Positions 1-12,053 of a DNA stretch of 64,000 nucleotides are shown here, in pieces; positions within the stretch are counted from its first letter, which is position 1, and every line of letters starts with the position of its first letter. A program made the position numbers and the translations under genes. Source of the stretch: Octopus vulgaris (lineage: Eukaryota); contig OX597814.1 in NCBI GenBank assembly GCA_951406725.2, positions 101,618,001 through 101,682,000 on the forward strand, read 5' to 3'. The notes under the pieces are model-generated. The model was not told where the DNA came from. It saw only the letters and a program-made list of their open reading frames with translations, and did no database searches.

Positions 1-48
1 CCATGTGGTTAGGAAGCAAGCTTGTTACCACGCAGTCATACCTACACC
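1..48 (-). mobile_element. SINE family A, tRNA-like head fragment (cut by window edge)
   Basis: Reverse complement of the family A head (..gtggtaa(c/g)aagcttgcttc..aaccacatgg) seen in full copies at 17317, 26245 and 31892. Confidence 0.75.
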
Positions 49-289
49 CATGACCCTGATTCGGAGACAACGAAAAGGTTCGTTATAATGACTATCTTTC
101 TACAATTGAGTTTTCTGCACTACACAAGCATGTCTATTCAACTATGTATTCAGTCCGAAGTCTAACTTCCTATATCGCAACAATGCCTACTTCCTTTCTT
201 CATTTGATAGACTTACTTCGACAGATGACAGTCGTGAAGATGCGTTTGGTAGACGTACTGGAACCTCTATAGATCCTTGAGCTTACCTA

Positions 290-1554
290 AAAAAAAATTG
301 ATAATTCATTCGAGAGCATTTGAATGAACTTGTTTGGGACTTATCGCAGTGTAATAAGAATTTAAAGCATCCTGCCTCAAGACTTAAAGAAGATTATTTA
401 CTTAACCAAAATGTATATGTCGAAAACGAAAATTTTATTTAGTAACACACTTTACACTCAATGGTCTGCTCTGCTATATTAATGGCATCAGAGAATTCTC
501 CACAAACTTGTGTTACACTCATGTAGCATACGATAGGCGTTTCTTCCTTGTTTCTTCACAAGTATTCTTGCAAAAGGGCAATATAAAACCATGCATCCAC
601 ATCACCACTCGGTTACCTAAAATGTATATACAATAACATAGATATACTTCTTGATGCCAATCCACACCGTAGTACCTCAATGGAATTTCTCAAAGTTATT
701 GGCATGCTAATGAGTATTCAAGGAGGATTTACAAAATGCTGTTGCTTACCGTGCCAAAGGGATTGTCACGCCACTATATTAAACGTGACAAGCCACTAAA
801 GCCTGCATATTTCCCAGGAAAGCGTGGTGAACAATGTGACCCTTCAGTAAATTCCAAATTCTAAGAAGATATTTATACCTCTTGCTCAGGTCAAATTTGA
901 CATGATGAAAGATTTTATTAAAGTAACATATTAGAATCAACTTACGTAGATTTCAATACTTTTCTGTAAAAAATGTCTGACGAGTGTACAGCAAAGAAAA
1001 TTTCGTGAGACCGAAAATCAAGAAGGTTATAATAGACATAAATTTGACGAAACTGCTCTTAACTGTTACAAAGCTTCTCAGGATTAAGAGAACATTTCCT
1101 GGACAATAAGGTTTGTATATCGAGGAGTAGGTGAGAAGTCCCCAAAAGCTCATAAAAACGTTCCCGGTGTCATTAAAAATGTATTTCCTACATCCTCATT
1201 TAGATTTCATTCCATAGTTTTGAAAAAAGAACAATTCCATCAGAATGTATAAGCAATGGAAACATGATGTCAGGAAAGCCACGATGGCTGACTATTGTTG
1301 GGTGTTATATCATGGCGACCCAGACAAAACTTATAATAGAAAATCATATTTACAATGCTTAAGAAAAAATTCATATAATATATATTCTCCTATTACATGT
1401 ATATCTAAATGAATCAATTTTATAAGAATGCGGTTAAAATTTATTATGTGTGAATAACCCATGTGTATGCAGCACGTTTCGGTTCAAGCAATAAACACAT
1501 TTGATATATATATAATGTTATTTAATGCACCTTAAATGTAAAAAAAAAAAAAAA

Positions 1555-1589
<35 letters not shown>

Positions 1590-1710
1590 TGCCAGATTTA
1601 AAAGAAAAATCTAGACGTAACGTGGGAAACTAAATACAGATTTGAAATAAGCATTCAAAGTACATTCTGAAAAGTCAAATTTTATCACTGGTGAAAATAT
1701 TATTATAACA
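290..1710 (+). mobile_element. Decayed Chapaev3-like (CMC superfamily) DNA transposon, transposase pseudogene plus 3' end
   Basis: Manual translation gives collinear motifs LKVIGMLMSIQGGFTKCCCLPC (~690-755), KKIFIPLAQVKFDMMKDFIK (863-922), FLHPHLDF (~1185) and MADYCW (1284-1301). These resemble the recalled consensus DLKVV..LG.Q.GYTKYCCFLC / KILLPPLHIKLGLMKNFVK / HFLHSHLDFF / MADYCW. Many stops and frameshifts. Family name is from recall. Confidence 0.7.
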
Positions 1711-3597
1711 CTACAAATATTACTTTCTTTTCCGACTTAGGATAAGGAAATATTTGTATGGGAGATGGAAATATAAATATACCTATTCTTTATATATTTG
1801 AATTAAATTAATGCTGTGTATATTATTGATGAACGCCAAATCGGCATCAGGTGAGTTGAATTCAGAGCCTGAAATTAAATGCTGTAAAGAAGCTCAACCG
1901 TTTCTATCTTTGATATTACACACTGACCTTTACTGTTTCTGTATTTTAACCAAAAGAAAATTCCAAAGGAACGAGAAATGAGAAATTGTGACATAAGGAA
2001 GAGAAAATGGAATCAATAAGCAATCGAAAGTGAGTCACGAACTCAACTCGCCAGAATCTTATTTCCTGCTCTACAACACTTACCTCGATACGCTAAATAT
2101 TTGCACAAATGTGCCGTTGTTTCTTGAATAAAGGGTAAATTTCCACAGAGACATTAAAAGAAAAATATTAGAAATGATATTTTAAACGAAACAAATATTA
2201 CAGAACCTCTAAAGTTAACGAAAGTAAATGAAAATCGACACTGATTTTCCGTGTTTCGTCTTTTTACATTCTTTCTTCTTTTAACTTTTATATTTATCAA
2301 GAACGAATGTTAAAAGGCTCAGCTGTCAATAGTCAAAATGAACTTACAATTTTAATATATCTGCAAATCTATATCTATAAAGTGCAAGGGGTACATAATA
2401 AAACTAATCGAAAGACAGAAAAAAATATAACAGAACACATTAAAACAATTCGTTACATTGCTAAACTAGCACACAAGTGTGATTTTCTTCTTTTGAGAAA
2501 TAAAATAGGCATGTCGAAGATTCATAAAAAATGTTTAAATATATGATCAGTTATTTCCCAGCGTAACAAGCCAAGATAAAAAGACGTTATATCGATGGAG
2601 GCGAAGCAGACGACACAAATGAGAAAATGAAATACTTTTAGATTGACGTCAAATACGTAAGTAAATAATAAACAAATAAATACAACACCACCACTGCCAC
2701 CAGCGATGTAGAAAATAACAGACAACAATAACAACAGCGACAACGAACACTAAAGCAACAATAACTACAGAAACATAACTGTAACTAAATCTATACAAAT
2801 TGTTTTTCAAACACTTTCATAATGATTAAACATGGGAATTGCAAACTAGGAACTGAAAAGCAAACTGAAATCCTTGTAATTAAATTTGATATCTGTCGAA
2901 TACTTTACGTGCAAGCAACAATCTTTAACATTAACAGTAAGGCTGCCATTTTTACCTTAGAGGATTCAAGATTGAAGTTAGGATGGTTGTTATTATTGTT
3001 ATTGATGTTACTGTTGTAGTCGTTGTTGTTGTTGTTGTTGTTGTTGATGTTGGTGGTGGTGGTGGTGGTGGTGGTGGTGTCGTTGTTGTTGTTTTATTAT
3101 TGATAGGTTCTTTTAGTTTTTTTCGTTTTCGTTTTTTATTTTTAAACTGAATATTTTGTTTGTAAAAATATATATTTTTAAACAATTTCAGATATTATTT
3201 TTCAATATAACCCCCCAGTGAATACTTTCTGAATAATTATTGAATTATTAAACTCCAGAAAATAACATCTAACCAATATTTACAAGCAATAAAAGTGTTG
3301 AAGGTTCTCCTTCTTGTTCATAGTCATCTTAGAGAAAGAGAGGAATGGTTATTAAAAGATAACAAACACTTCGCTCTTACTCCCACCCACAAATCCATTT
3401 ATCTCTCTCCCTCTCTTGATCCAACATTTTCTTTCTGTCCCTGGCTTAGCATTTATATATATTTTTTTATTTACAACCTTTTCTCCAATTGTGCTTTCAA
3501 TTTATATTATCGTTCTTCCATTCAATTTTTCACCCTTGCTATCGTCTGTTGATATTATGTTTCCTTATAGTAATTATTTTTCATATTCACATTCCCG

Positions 3598-3605
3598 CTT
3601 CTCTC

Positions 3606-3688
<83 letters not shown>

Positions 3689-3761
3689 CTATTTATCTAT
3701 CTCTATCTCTCTCCCTCCCTCCCTCCCTCCCTCCCTCTATCTATCTATCTATCTATCTATC

Positions 3762-3807
<46 letters not shown>

Positions 3808-4092
3808 TGTATGTATGTATGTATGTATGTATGCATGCATGTATGTATGTATGTATGTATGTATGTATGTATGTATGCATGTATGCATGTATGTATGTAT
3901 GTATGTATGTATGTATGTATATATATATATATATATATTCATTTTTTCCTCATTTGTGTCTTTCTCTCAGTTCACTCATGCTCTTTCTCAATTTCATCTT
4001 CGTCTCTGTCTCATCCGCACATGCATAGAGAGAGGGGGAGATGGGAGAGATAGGGGAGAGAGAGCGAGAGAGAGAGAGAGAGAGAGAGAGAG
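3598..4092. repeat. Compound microsatellite (CT)n/(AT)n/(CTAT)n/(TATG)n/(GA)n
   Basis: Direct inspection. Confidence 0.95.
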
Positions 4093-4288
4093 CATTATTT
4101 AAGAAACTATTTTTTGTTGTAGCTTTCAAAAATTTTAACTTAAATATTTTGCCTTCACTGCTGTAATTTTTCCAATACCTGTGCCTAATTTATTAGTTAT
4201 GTAGGCGTTTAACACTTTGTAAATGTGTGTATACTATCTGTGTGTGTGTGTGTGTGTTGGAGAGAGAGAAAGAGAGAGAGATAAATAA

Positions 4289-4325
<37 letters not shown>

Positions 4326-4329
4326 TAGG

Positions 4330-4662
4330 TGAAGGTGCATGGCTCAGTGGTTAGAGCGTCGACTTTACGATCGTGAGCTTGTGAGTTCGAATCTCAGACC
4401 GGGCTGCGTGTTGTGTTCTTGAGCAAGACACTTTATTTCACGTTGCTCCGGTTCACTCAGCTGTAGAAATGAGTTGCGAGTCACATGTGCCAAGCCGTAT
4501 CGGCCCCTTTGCCTTTCCCTTGGATAACGTTTGGTGGCGTGGAGAGGCCGGTATACATGGGCGACTGTTGGTGTTCCATAAAAACCATTTCCCGGACTTG
4601 TGCCTGGGAGGGTGACTTTCTAGGTGCAATCCCATGGTCAGTCATGACCGAAGGGGTCTCAA
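4330..4662 (+). mobile_element. tRNA-derived SINE family C with CORE-like segment
   Basis: Box A tggctcagtggttaga, box B gagttcgaatctc, then ttcttgagcaagacacttt..cactcagctgt. Related fragments at ~5635-5710 (+) and 37098-37212 (-). Confidence 0.8.
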
Positions 4663-4754
4663 CAGCGTATAACTAGATAGATGCACATATAGCCGTATTT
4701 ATGCACATATACTTATATATAGATACTAACGCGTATACATACAATATATATTCA

Positions 4755-5590
4755 TATGATGACCGCCCCCTCGTTATCGAGTATGGCCATTGCACGAAGC
4801 TTAACTGTTACTGGTGCTGTGATCGAGAGTGACTTTTTAGCCCAGCTAAAGATCTACAATGTCTTGTACAGAATTGGCAACTAAAACCTTTACCGGTAAT
4901 AGCCAGCTGTAGTTGCAACTGGGCTTCATATACCTTTGCATGTCGTTTAAGTCCTCCTGCCGAATTACACTCTCTTCCACATGTCCGACAGATATAATTC
5001 GTATGGTGTCTAACACCACCACCAATGGCCAGGTTGTCACTCATCTGTCTCGCTTTATGACTACGAATATGACTCCTGAGTCCAGCTTTACTGAGGTAGG
5101 GTCTTGCACAGACACTGCATGTCAGCATCATAGGAAGACCCTTCCCATCTAGAAGTGTAACAGCGATGCCCTTCCTGACATCCCTCCTTACTTTCTCATG
5201 TGCAACTCGAGATTTCTCAAAAGTGGATGTCCCCTCGTGCACAATCCTTCTCCACCTGCTACGATCAATAGCTATGCCTTTCCATGTGTCAGGAAAGATG
5301 CAAGTATATCTTAAGGAAGCCTTCAGCAAGTCCTTATACCTCTTTTTTAGTTTGTGGAGGTCGGTCTTCTTTAGCTAACTCTCCATAAAAGAGTTGTTTT
5401 GGCATACTTGAATCCTTCACCCTGACCAGATGACCACTCCATCTGAACCTTTGCTTTAACACAAGAGCTTCTATACTTTCACACAGAGCCTTCCAATATT
5501 TCAAGATCACTGATGCGGTCCTTCCACTTAATGCCATAGATCCGTCTGAGACACATCTGATGGAAATGTTCCAGTTCTTTAACATACATA
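4755..5590 (-). mobile_element. RTE-clade LINE, 3' fragment ending in three C2H2 zinc fingers
   Basis: Frameshifted ORFs HQMCLRRIYGIKWKDRISDLEILE, RFRWSGHLVRVKDSSMPKQLFYGEL and DRSRWRRIVHEG are typical RTE C-terminal motifs. ORF 4808-5329 ends in three CxxC-x12-H motifs. Confidence 0.88.
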
Positions 5591-5897
5591 ATGCATATAT
5601 CATTTAGCTTTCTGATCCAATGATTTGTGTGTCTCGAGTTTAAGGACGGTATGAGATGTCCTTGAGCAAGATACTTCATTTCACGTTGCTTCAGTCTACT
5701 CACTGTAATTCAGATGCAGCCTGTTTCCTTCCCTTCTATATGTCTATGTGTGCGTGTTATGATGTCGTACCATCAGCTGGAGATTTTGATGGTATCAGGG
5801 ATTTCTTCAAATCCCGTTTTAATGCATATGATTCTACTTTTGCGTTTATATCTCTTGTATCTGTACGAAGTAAGGTGTAAAAAATTACGGTCTAAGT

Positions 5898-6603
5898 CAG
5901 TGGTTTTCAACCAGTATCCTGGAGTTCCATGTAAGAATTTGGGGGGGGGGGGGGTCCACCCAAAGAAAATAGTAAAGTGGGGATCCGCAGTGATATTTTT
6001 AGAGTCCATTAAAAATTTTTGATTTAAATGTGTTTATTGCAAAGAAACAGCTAAATTTCTTTCTCTAGCGTCTTACATAATTCAGCCTACACAAGTTAAT
6101 GTGTGACTAACAAAATAGGAATTTTAAAAGAAGTGTCTATATGCCCCTTATGTTATAGAGCAGTTACTGTTTATATCTCGTTTAGAGATTTATTATTGCT
6201 TTCGAACGGTTTTTCTACACCAGTAAATGTGTTTACTGTGAAAACCCTTAAATATAGCCTGTACGGAGAGTTATTCGTCGGAGAAAGGGGTGCTTACCAT
6301 GCGTTGATAATAGGCAAATACCTTGAAACCTGGTCCGTATGTAGCATCCGCTTCTTCGGGGAATGACCTCCGAGAACACCGAGATGGTGTCAGCCCTCCT
6401 GGTGACGTTGATGATCGCCTGGGGCTAAATGCATCAGTAACACCCCCACCGCCCTGCCCTGTCCCTAGCCACATTCAGATGGCTAATGCCCCTTATGTTA
6501 GGTCTATAAAATTAGTTTTTACACAATGAATGACTATGGGAGCCCACCAGAACAGAATTGTAATCAAAGGAATCTGTAGATAAAAAATGGTTGAGAACTT
6601 CTG
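5898..6603. mobile_element. Non-autonomous hAT (Charlie-like) element carrying an internal insertion
   Basis: TIRs cagtggttttcaacc / ggttgagaacttctg; imperfect 8-bp TSD gtctaagt / gtttaggt. Confidence 0.65.
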
Positions 6604-7084
6604 GTTTAGGTAGATGCTGAATATTTTGCAAATTGTGAGTCTGTTTTCTTTGTGCAGAATTTGATGGTTGATTTTCATAAATTAGTTAATGAGGACTCGT
6701 TTGCTGTCTTTATGTGTGTGTCATGTGAAGTCGTTATTGAAACTTGCGACGTGGCGTGACTTGGTTAGAATTACCGATGCTGTTGTATATTTTCTATAGT
6801 GTTATATTTCTTGTATTTTGGTTTCTGTTACGTATAAATGTTGTCTGTTTTGTTTTTCTATGGTTTATTTTATTTGTTATTGTTTTGTTTTGTTTTTTTC
6901 ATGCTGTGTGTTATTTCTGTTGTGTGTGGTATTGTGTTTGAAGTTGCCACTGGTTTTTATCGGATTGGCTATTGCATTTGTTGAATTCGTCTTGTATTTC
7001 TATGCTGTATGCTGCATGCTGCCTTGCGCGGTACGTCTTGGGGAAGCGTATATAAATATTTGTTTAATTCATATATATATGAAA

Positions 7085-7477
7085 CTAGCAGTATCGCCCG
7101 GCGTTGCTCGGGTTTGTTTCGACCCTTTAGAATTGGAATTTTTGAAAAGTAAAAATTTTGCATTATGTAGCTTGTTATTCGCTTTAAGTGAACATTTATC
7201 TGGTTGAAATACACCGAAAAGTGGCGACACAGCAGTCAAAGAATCGTTAAAAAATAGGGATTTTCATAGAAAAAAAGTACCTTTTTGATGTAAATAATTT
7301 TTGGTGTTAACATGGTTCGATTTGAATTTTTTCTTCTACGGAAAGAAGAGCAAGCCTTCTTCTATCATACTCTCAATTTTGATCAACTTGTGCCGCAGGG
7401 TCTCGGAGGAGATAGTGTTAGTTGAAGGCTACCAAACCTGCCATACACAGACAACTTCAGCTTTCTATATGTAGAGA
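7085..7477 (-). mobile_element. Non-autonomous Helitron (393 bp)
   Basis: On the minus strand it starts TC and ends CTAG, is inserted between A and T with no TSD, and has the subterminal hairpin cccggcgttgctcggg (7097-7112). Confidence 0.8.
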
Positions 7478-7785
7478 TTAACAGCTTACCAAGGGAACAG
7501 AAATTACGTACTCAACTTCATCATTTTACACTTGTTTCTGCTATAAGAAGCAGTGAAAAGGCTCTGAGCAAGCTATAAGGTTATACACAAGTACTCAGCT
7601 CTAAGTGCAGTGTTTCATACAGTAGAAACAGCAGTAAGCTAATAAATCTGATAATATCAGTCATGTTTTTTTTATCATTCTACGAATTTCATATTACTCT
7701 CTGTGCTCGCCTAAAGCATTATTCTGAAATATATGACCATTGGGTTTTAACGCTATACCTAAGCCAAATCATGAAATACAGGTAA

Positions 7786-8108
7786 ACACACACACACACA
7801 CACACACACGTATATATACGTATATGCATATGTTTACTTATGTATGTATGTATGTATGTATGTATTATATATGTATGTATGTATGTATATATGTATGTAT
7901 GTATGTATGTATGCATGTATGTATGTATGAATGAATGTGTCTTTGTACGTGTGTATGCATAATGCATGTACGTATGTATGTATGCATGCATGTATGTATA
8001 TATGTATGTATATATGTATGTATGTATGTATATATGTATGTATGTATGCATGCATGTATGTATATATGGATGTATGTATATATCTAAGTATGTATGTATG
8101 TATGTATG

Positions 8109-8142
<34 letters not shown>

Positions 8143-8310
8143 TGTATGTATGTATGCATGCATGTATGTATATATGTATGTATGTATATATGTATGTATA
8201 TATGTACGTATGTATGTATGTATGTATGTATGTATGTATGTATGTATGTATGTATGTATGTATGTGTGTGTGTATGTGTCTGTGTATGAATACCTACATA
8301 TATGTGTGTG
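7786..8310. repeat. (CA)n/(TATG)n microsatellite
   Basis: Direct inspection. Confidence 0.95.
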
Positions 8311-8785
8311 TTGTGAGTCCTCTGTAAAATTTCATCGTGATGTTATTAACCCTAGTTTTATATCTTGGCGGAAGTGGTTACACTTGGCTTTCAGGCAGTT
8401 TGTGAAAATGTTTTCTTATTTTATAAGATCATTTTATTCATTCAAAAGTGAGAGTACTGCAATAAAAGGTATGCGGTCAGAGACGAGTCTGGATTGCAGT
8501 AGCCAAATGCTTAGAGCCGAATTTGATGCATAGAAAATATTATATTTTAGCTTTGTGAGGCATTTGGTTATGCTGTTGTGGTTCCTTTAGCATGTAGAAA
8601 GGGTTTAGTAGCGATGCTATTGTGTTACCTCGTATGTTATCAGTGTTGTTGCTGTACCTATCACAATATGCAGAGGTCAGTGAAGTATCTTCCTATGATG
8701 GTATTCTGGAGTAGATTGTTGAGATGTTCCAGCTGTATATAACAAAGGAAAGCGTTTGATGGAGCTGGGCACGATATTTTTCACG

Positions 8786-9145
8786 TTTTACTTGTTTCAG
8801 CCATTAGACTACGGTCATGCTGGGTCACTGCCTTGAGAAATTTTCTACTCGAATGAATCGACCCCAGTACTTATTTTTTAAAGCCTGGTCTGTTTTTTTC
8901 CGAACCACCAAGTTACTGGGACGTAACCACACGGTGGTAGTGGGGAGGGGTGACAAACACAGACACAAACGCGCACACACATGTATGACGGGCTTCTTCC
9001 TGTTTCCGTCTTCCAAATCAAAGCACAAGGCTCTAGTTGCTCTGGGGCTATAGTGGAAGACACTTGCTCAAAGTGTCACACAGTGGGACTGAACCCAGAG
9101 CCATGTGGTTAGGAAGCAAGCTTATTATCACACAGCCACTATGCG
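8786..9145 (-). mobile_element. SINE family A, near full length
   Basis: Reverse complement of the head, CORE-like cttgagcaagtgtctt, and tail ..cagcatgaccgtagtctaatggctgaaacaagtaaa. Confidence 0.85.
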
Positions 9146-10081
9146 TATTATATTCATAAATATCATCCATATATTTTTTTTAATGCCTATATCTCTAGTG
9201 GGTCACTGAGTGATTACGAGTTCCAGTGTTACTGGTAGTGTATGAGCACTATATCTATGCTTTATGTACAGATAATGATGTCTCACCTGTGGGTTCACCT
9301 ATCCTCCTTAATGGAAGTATACTTTAGGATTTGAAGAGTCTTTGATTGCATTTGTTGGTTTCTGTCTTGTAAAATAGCGACGTGAATGTAATGTGGTAGT
9401 GATGAAGCTTTTAAGTTGTATAAAGGTGTTTTACGCTGTTAAGTTGCCTTATAACAGTTTAGGATTTTTATTCTTTATTTACGTGATGTACTTTGACTGA
9501 GAAAGCACGTGACAAAGTGGCTAGGCAATGTAGGTTCGTTACTCGGCCCTGAAGCAATGATGAGCCATTGAACAAAGCAGTTTACTACCATTTGGTCGAG
9601 TCCAATCAGCAGGCAAACAAAAAAATGAGCGTAAAATTTGCAAGGGTACTTAATCAATGTTAAGTTAGCGTGGCAGTACCAACAAATTGTTAATACTACC
9701 AAAGACCATCAAGCACAAAGAGGGATACGCTCAGCAATGGACTAATATATCCAGTCTTTAACCTTTACATTGACTACTATGCTCCTTGCTGTGTATTTAT
9801 ATATCAGGTCCTTGTGTTTAAGTTAGGTGTTTAAGTTGACTGCATGTCAGAAATGAGATAATGGTAGCACTTCCGGATTTCCTTGGTCATACGTCAATGT
9901 GGATTAGAATATATTTATGTTTTTGACAAATTAAGTTGTTGTCTGCTTATGTGTGTAAATATGATGTTGATTGTTCTTACATATCAACGCAATACTTTGT
10001 CGATTCACGCAGAGCTGTAACCTTCATATTGCATCCATATTTTATGTTACTCTAGCAATGATGGCGAACACCTAAACTTTT

Positions 10082-10280
10082 ATAGGCACGCGGCCTGAAT
10101 GTTTTGTGGAAGGAGATAATCGATTACATCGACTCCAGTGCTCAACTTCTACTTATGTTATCGACCCCCAAAAAGATGAAAGACAAAGTCGAACTTGGTG
10201 GAATTTGGAGTCAGACTCTAAGGATGGACAAAACGCCGCTAAGCATTATATCCGGCGCGCTAAGAGATTCTGGCCGTTAC
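10082..10280 (-). mobile_element. SINE family B, diverged monomer
   Basis: cgattacatcgactccagt..tatcgacccc..gatgaaagacaaagtcga..ggaattt matches the reverse complement of family B. Confidence 0.75.
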
Positions 10281-11258
10281 CTTAACATCTACGTCTGCAT
10301 AATATTGTTCAATGCGTCATTTTAAAGCAATAGATTGTAGTTTGAACGAGACTTAGGTATTAGTTCTAGCAGACTTTGATCGCATAGACCCTGCTTCGTG
10401 AACAGTAAGGTAAATCAACCATATTTTCGGGTAATTTAATGAAAAATTACTTGATTATCATTTTATCGTATACTTTGTTTTGGCGCCTATTTAAAATGAT
10501 GTGTGTTGTACCGTCGAGTGATACATGTCTTGAGCATGGATGCACAACACTGCTGTTGACAGGAGAAACACGTGAACACTTCTGGCACTGGACTTTCATT
10601 CTAGCGACTCAGTAAACTACGACTTTCGTGGAATAAATTAACAACTTGAAGCAGTGAAATATATCTCAAAATTTAATGAGAATAGAACCTATGAATCATA
10701 ATATTATCCCTAACCATTCTTATACGTTTGGTCTCGTTGATACGTATCAATATTTAAAATAGCAGTGCACAGGTAACAAATTCAGTAAACAACGAAATTA
10801 CAAAACGTGAAAGACAAAGAACGTGTGTGATAAATAGAAATAGCCGCCAAACATGCCACCAGAGTGGAAGGAACATTTATACAATACTCCAGCTCATAAA
10901 TATTGATATATCCGCTAAATGATATGCCTGTTTAATTTGTTTTTCAATGATGCACCCTGATACATAGATATGTTTTGCATATACTTATATATGAATATTA
11001 TATTTCCACAATATGCATATAAAAAACAAAACATATGAAAATAGATGCGCCAAAATTAGCATAGAACTAAAATTCAAGTCCCAAGACGTACGATAACGAT
11101 CAGAGAAAGGAAGTAGAAAGAAAGAAAAGAAATTACTACTGTTTGATTAAATTAAAATATTTGTTTCATTCTGTTACCAGGTGAAAGAGTAGCTTCTGCT
11201 AATAGGTTTGGTTCTTAATATTTATCAATGATTCCTTATCACTCTTATGTACAGACAC

Positions 11259-11385
<127 letters not shown>

Positions 11386-11840
11386 AATTGAGATCGGGGT
11401 TGTAAATGCAACCCTCCATGGGATGACATATATCCAATATACTGCTAGTGAGGTACCCAACAAAGTTAATACATAAATGTTAAGAATTGCGATACAATTA
11501 ATTCATTTATTGTATTATATAGGCAAAGGTAAAATGTTTTACCACAAATGCATAATACAAAATAAGAAAATGGAGAAATACATCGAAATCAAATATCAAT
11601 TACCAGATAATACTCAATCACATACTTTATTAAACCACCACATAAGAAACTATAAGGTTAAACATAATAATGTAGGGTAAAACTGTGTACATGAAGGGGT
11701 GTACATAAAATAGTAATGTTATACAATAAGTAGAATACGTATAATAGAAAATAAATATAATTACACATAAATATAAATATAGACTATATCTTACAGCTGT
11801 TTCGGCCATGTAGATAAGCATGTCTCATTTAACTTATATT

Positions 11841-12053
11841 AGCCAGGAAAAAACACCAAATAACGCCAACTTGAAATATGTATCCTCTGACCAAGTGGCA
11901 AACCAAACAAGTAACTCTTTTTTACTGACATACCTGGAAAATATGAAGGCCGACCTAAGCCAGGAGATCCAGCGAGCCATCACCAACCATCTATGCAAAT
12001 CACAAGGACCACTCACCCATTACCAACTTCCCTTACCTCGACATTCCTGTTAA
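11841..12053 (+). pseudogene. Probable C-terminal remnant of LINE ORF1 overlapping the ORF2 start
   Basis: Open frame (..SFLLTYLENMKADLSQEIQRAIT..) ends 60 nt inside ORF2 in another frame. Assignment is positional inference. Confidence 0.45.

Noticed and set aside
4330-4405. tRNA genes here, at 36422 and at other SINE heads
   Set aside because: The A/B boxes continue into SINE bodies, and acceptor stems do not pair convincingly.
8310-10000. Possible ancient LINE remnant on the minus strand
   Set aside because: Composition is suggestive, but no motif could be translated convincingly.
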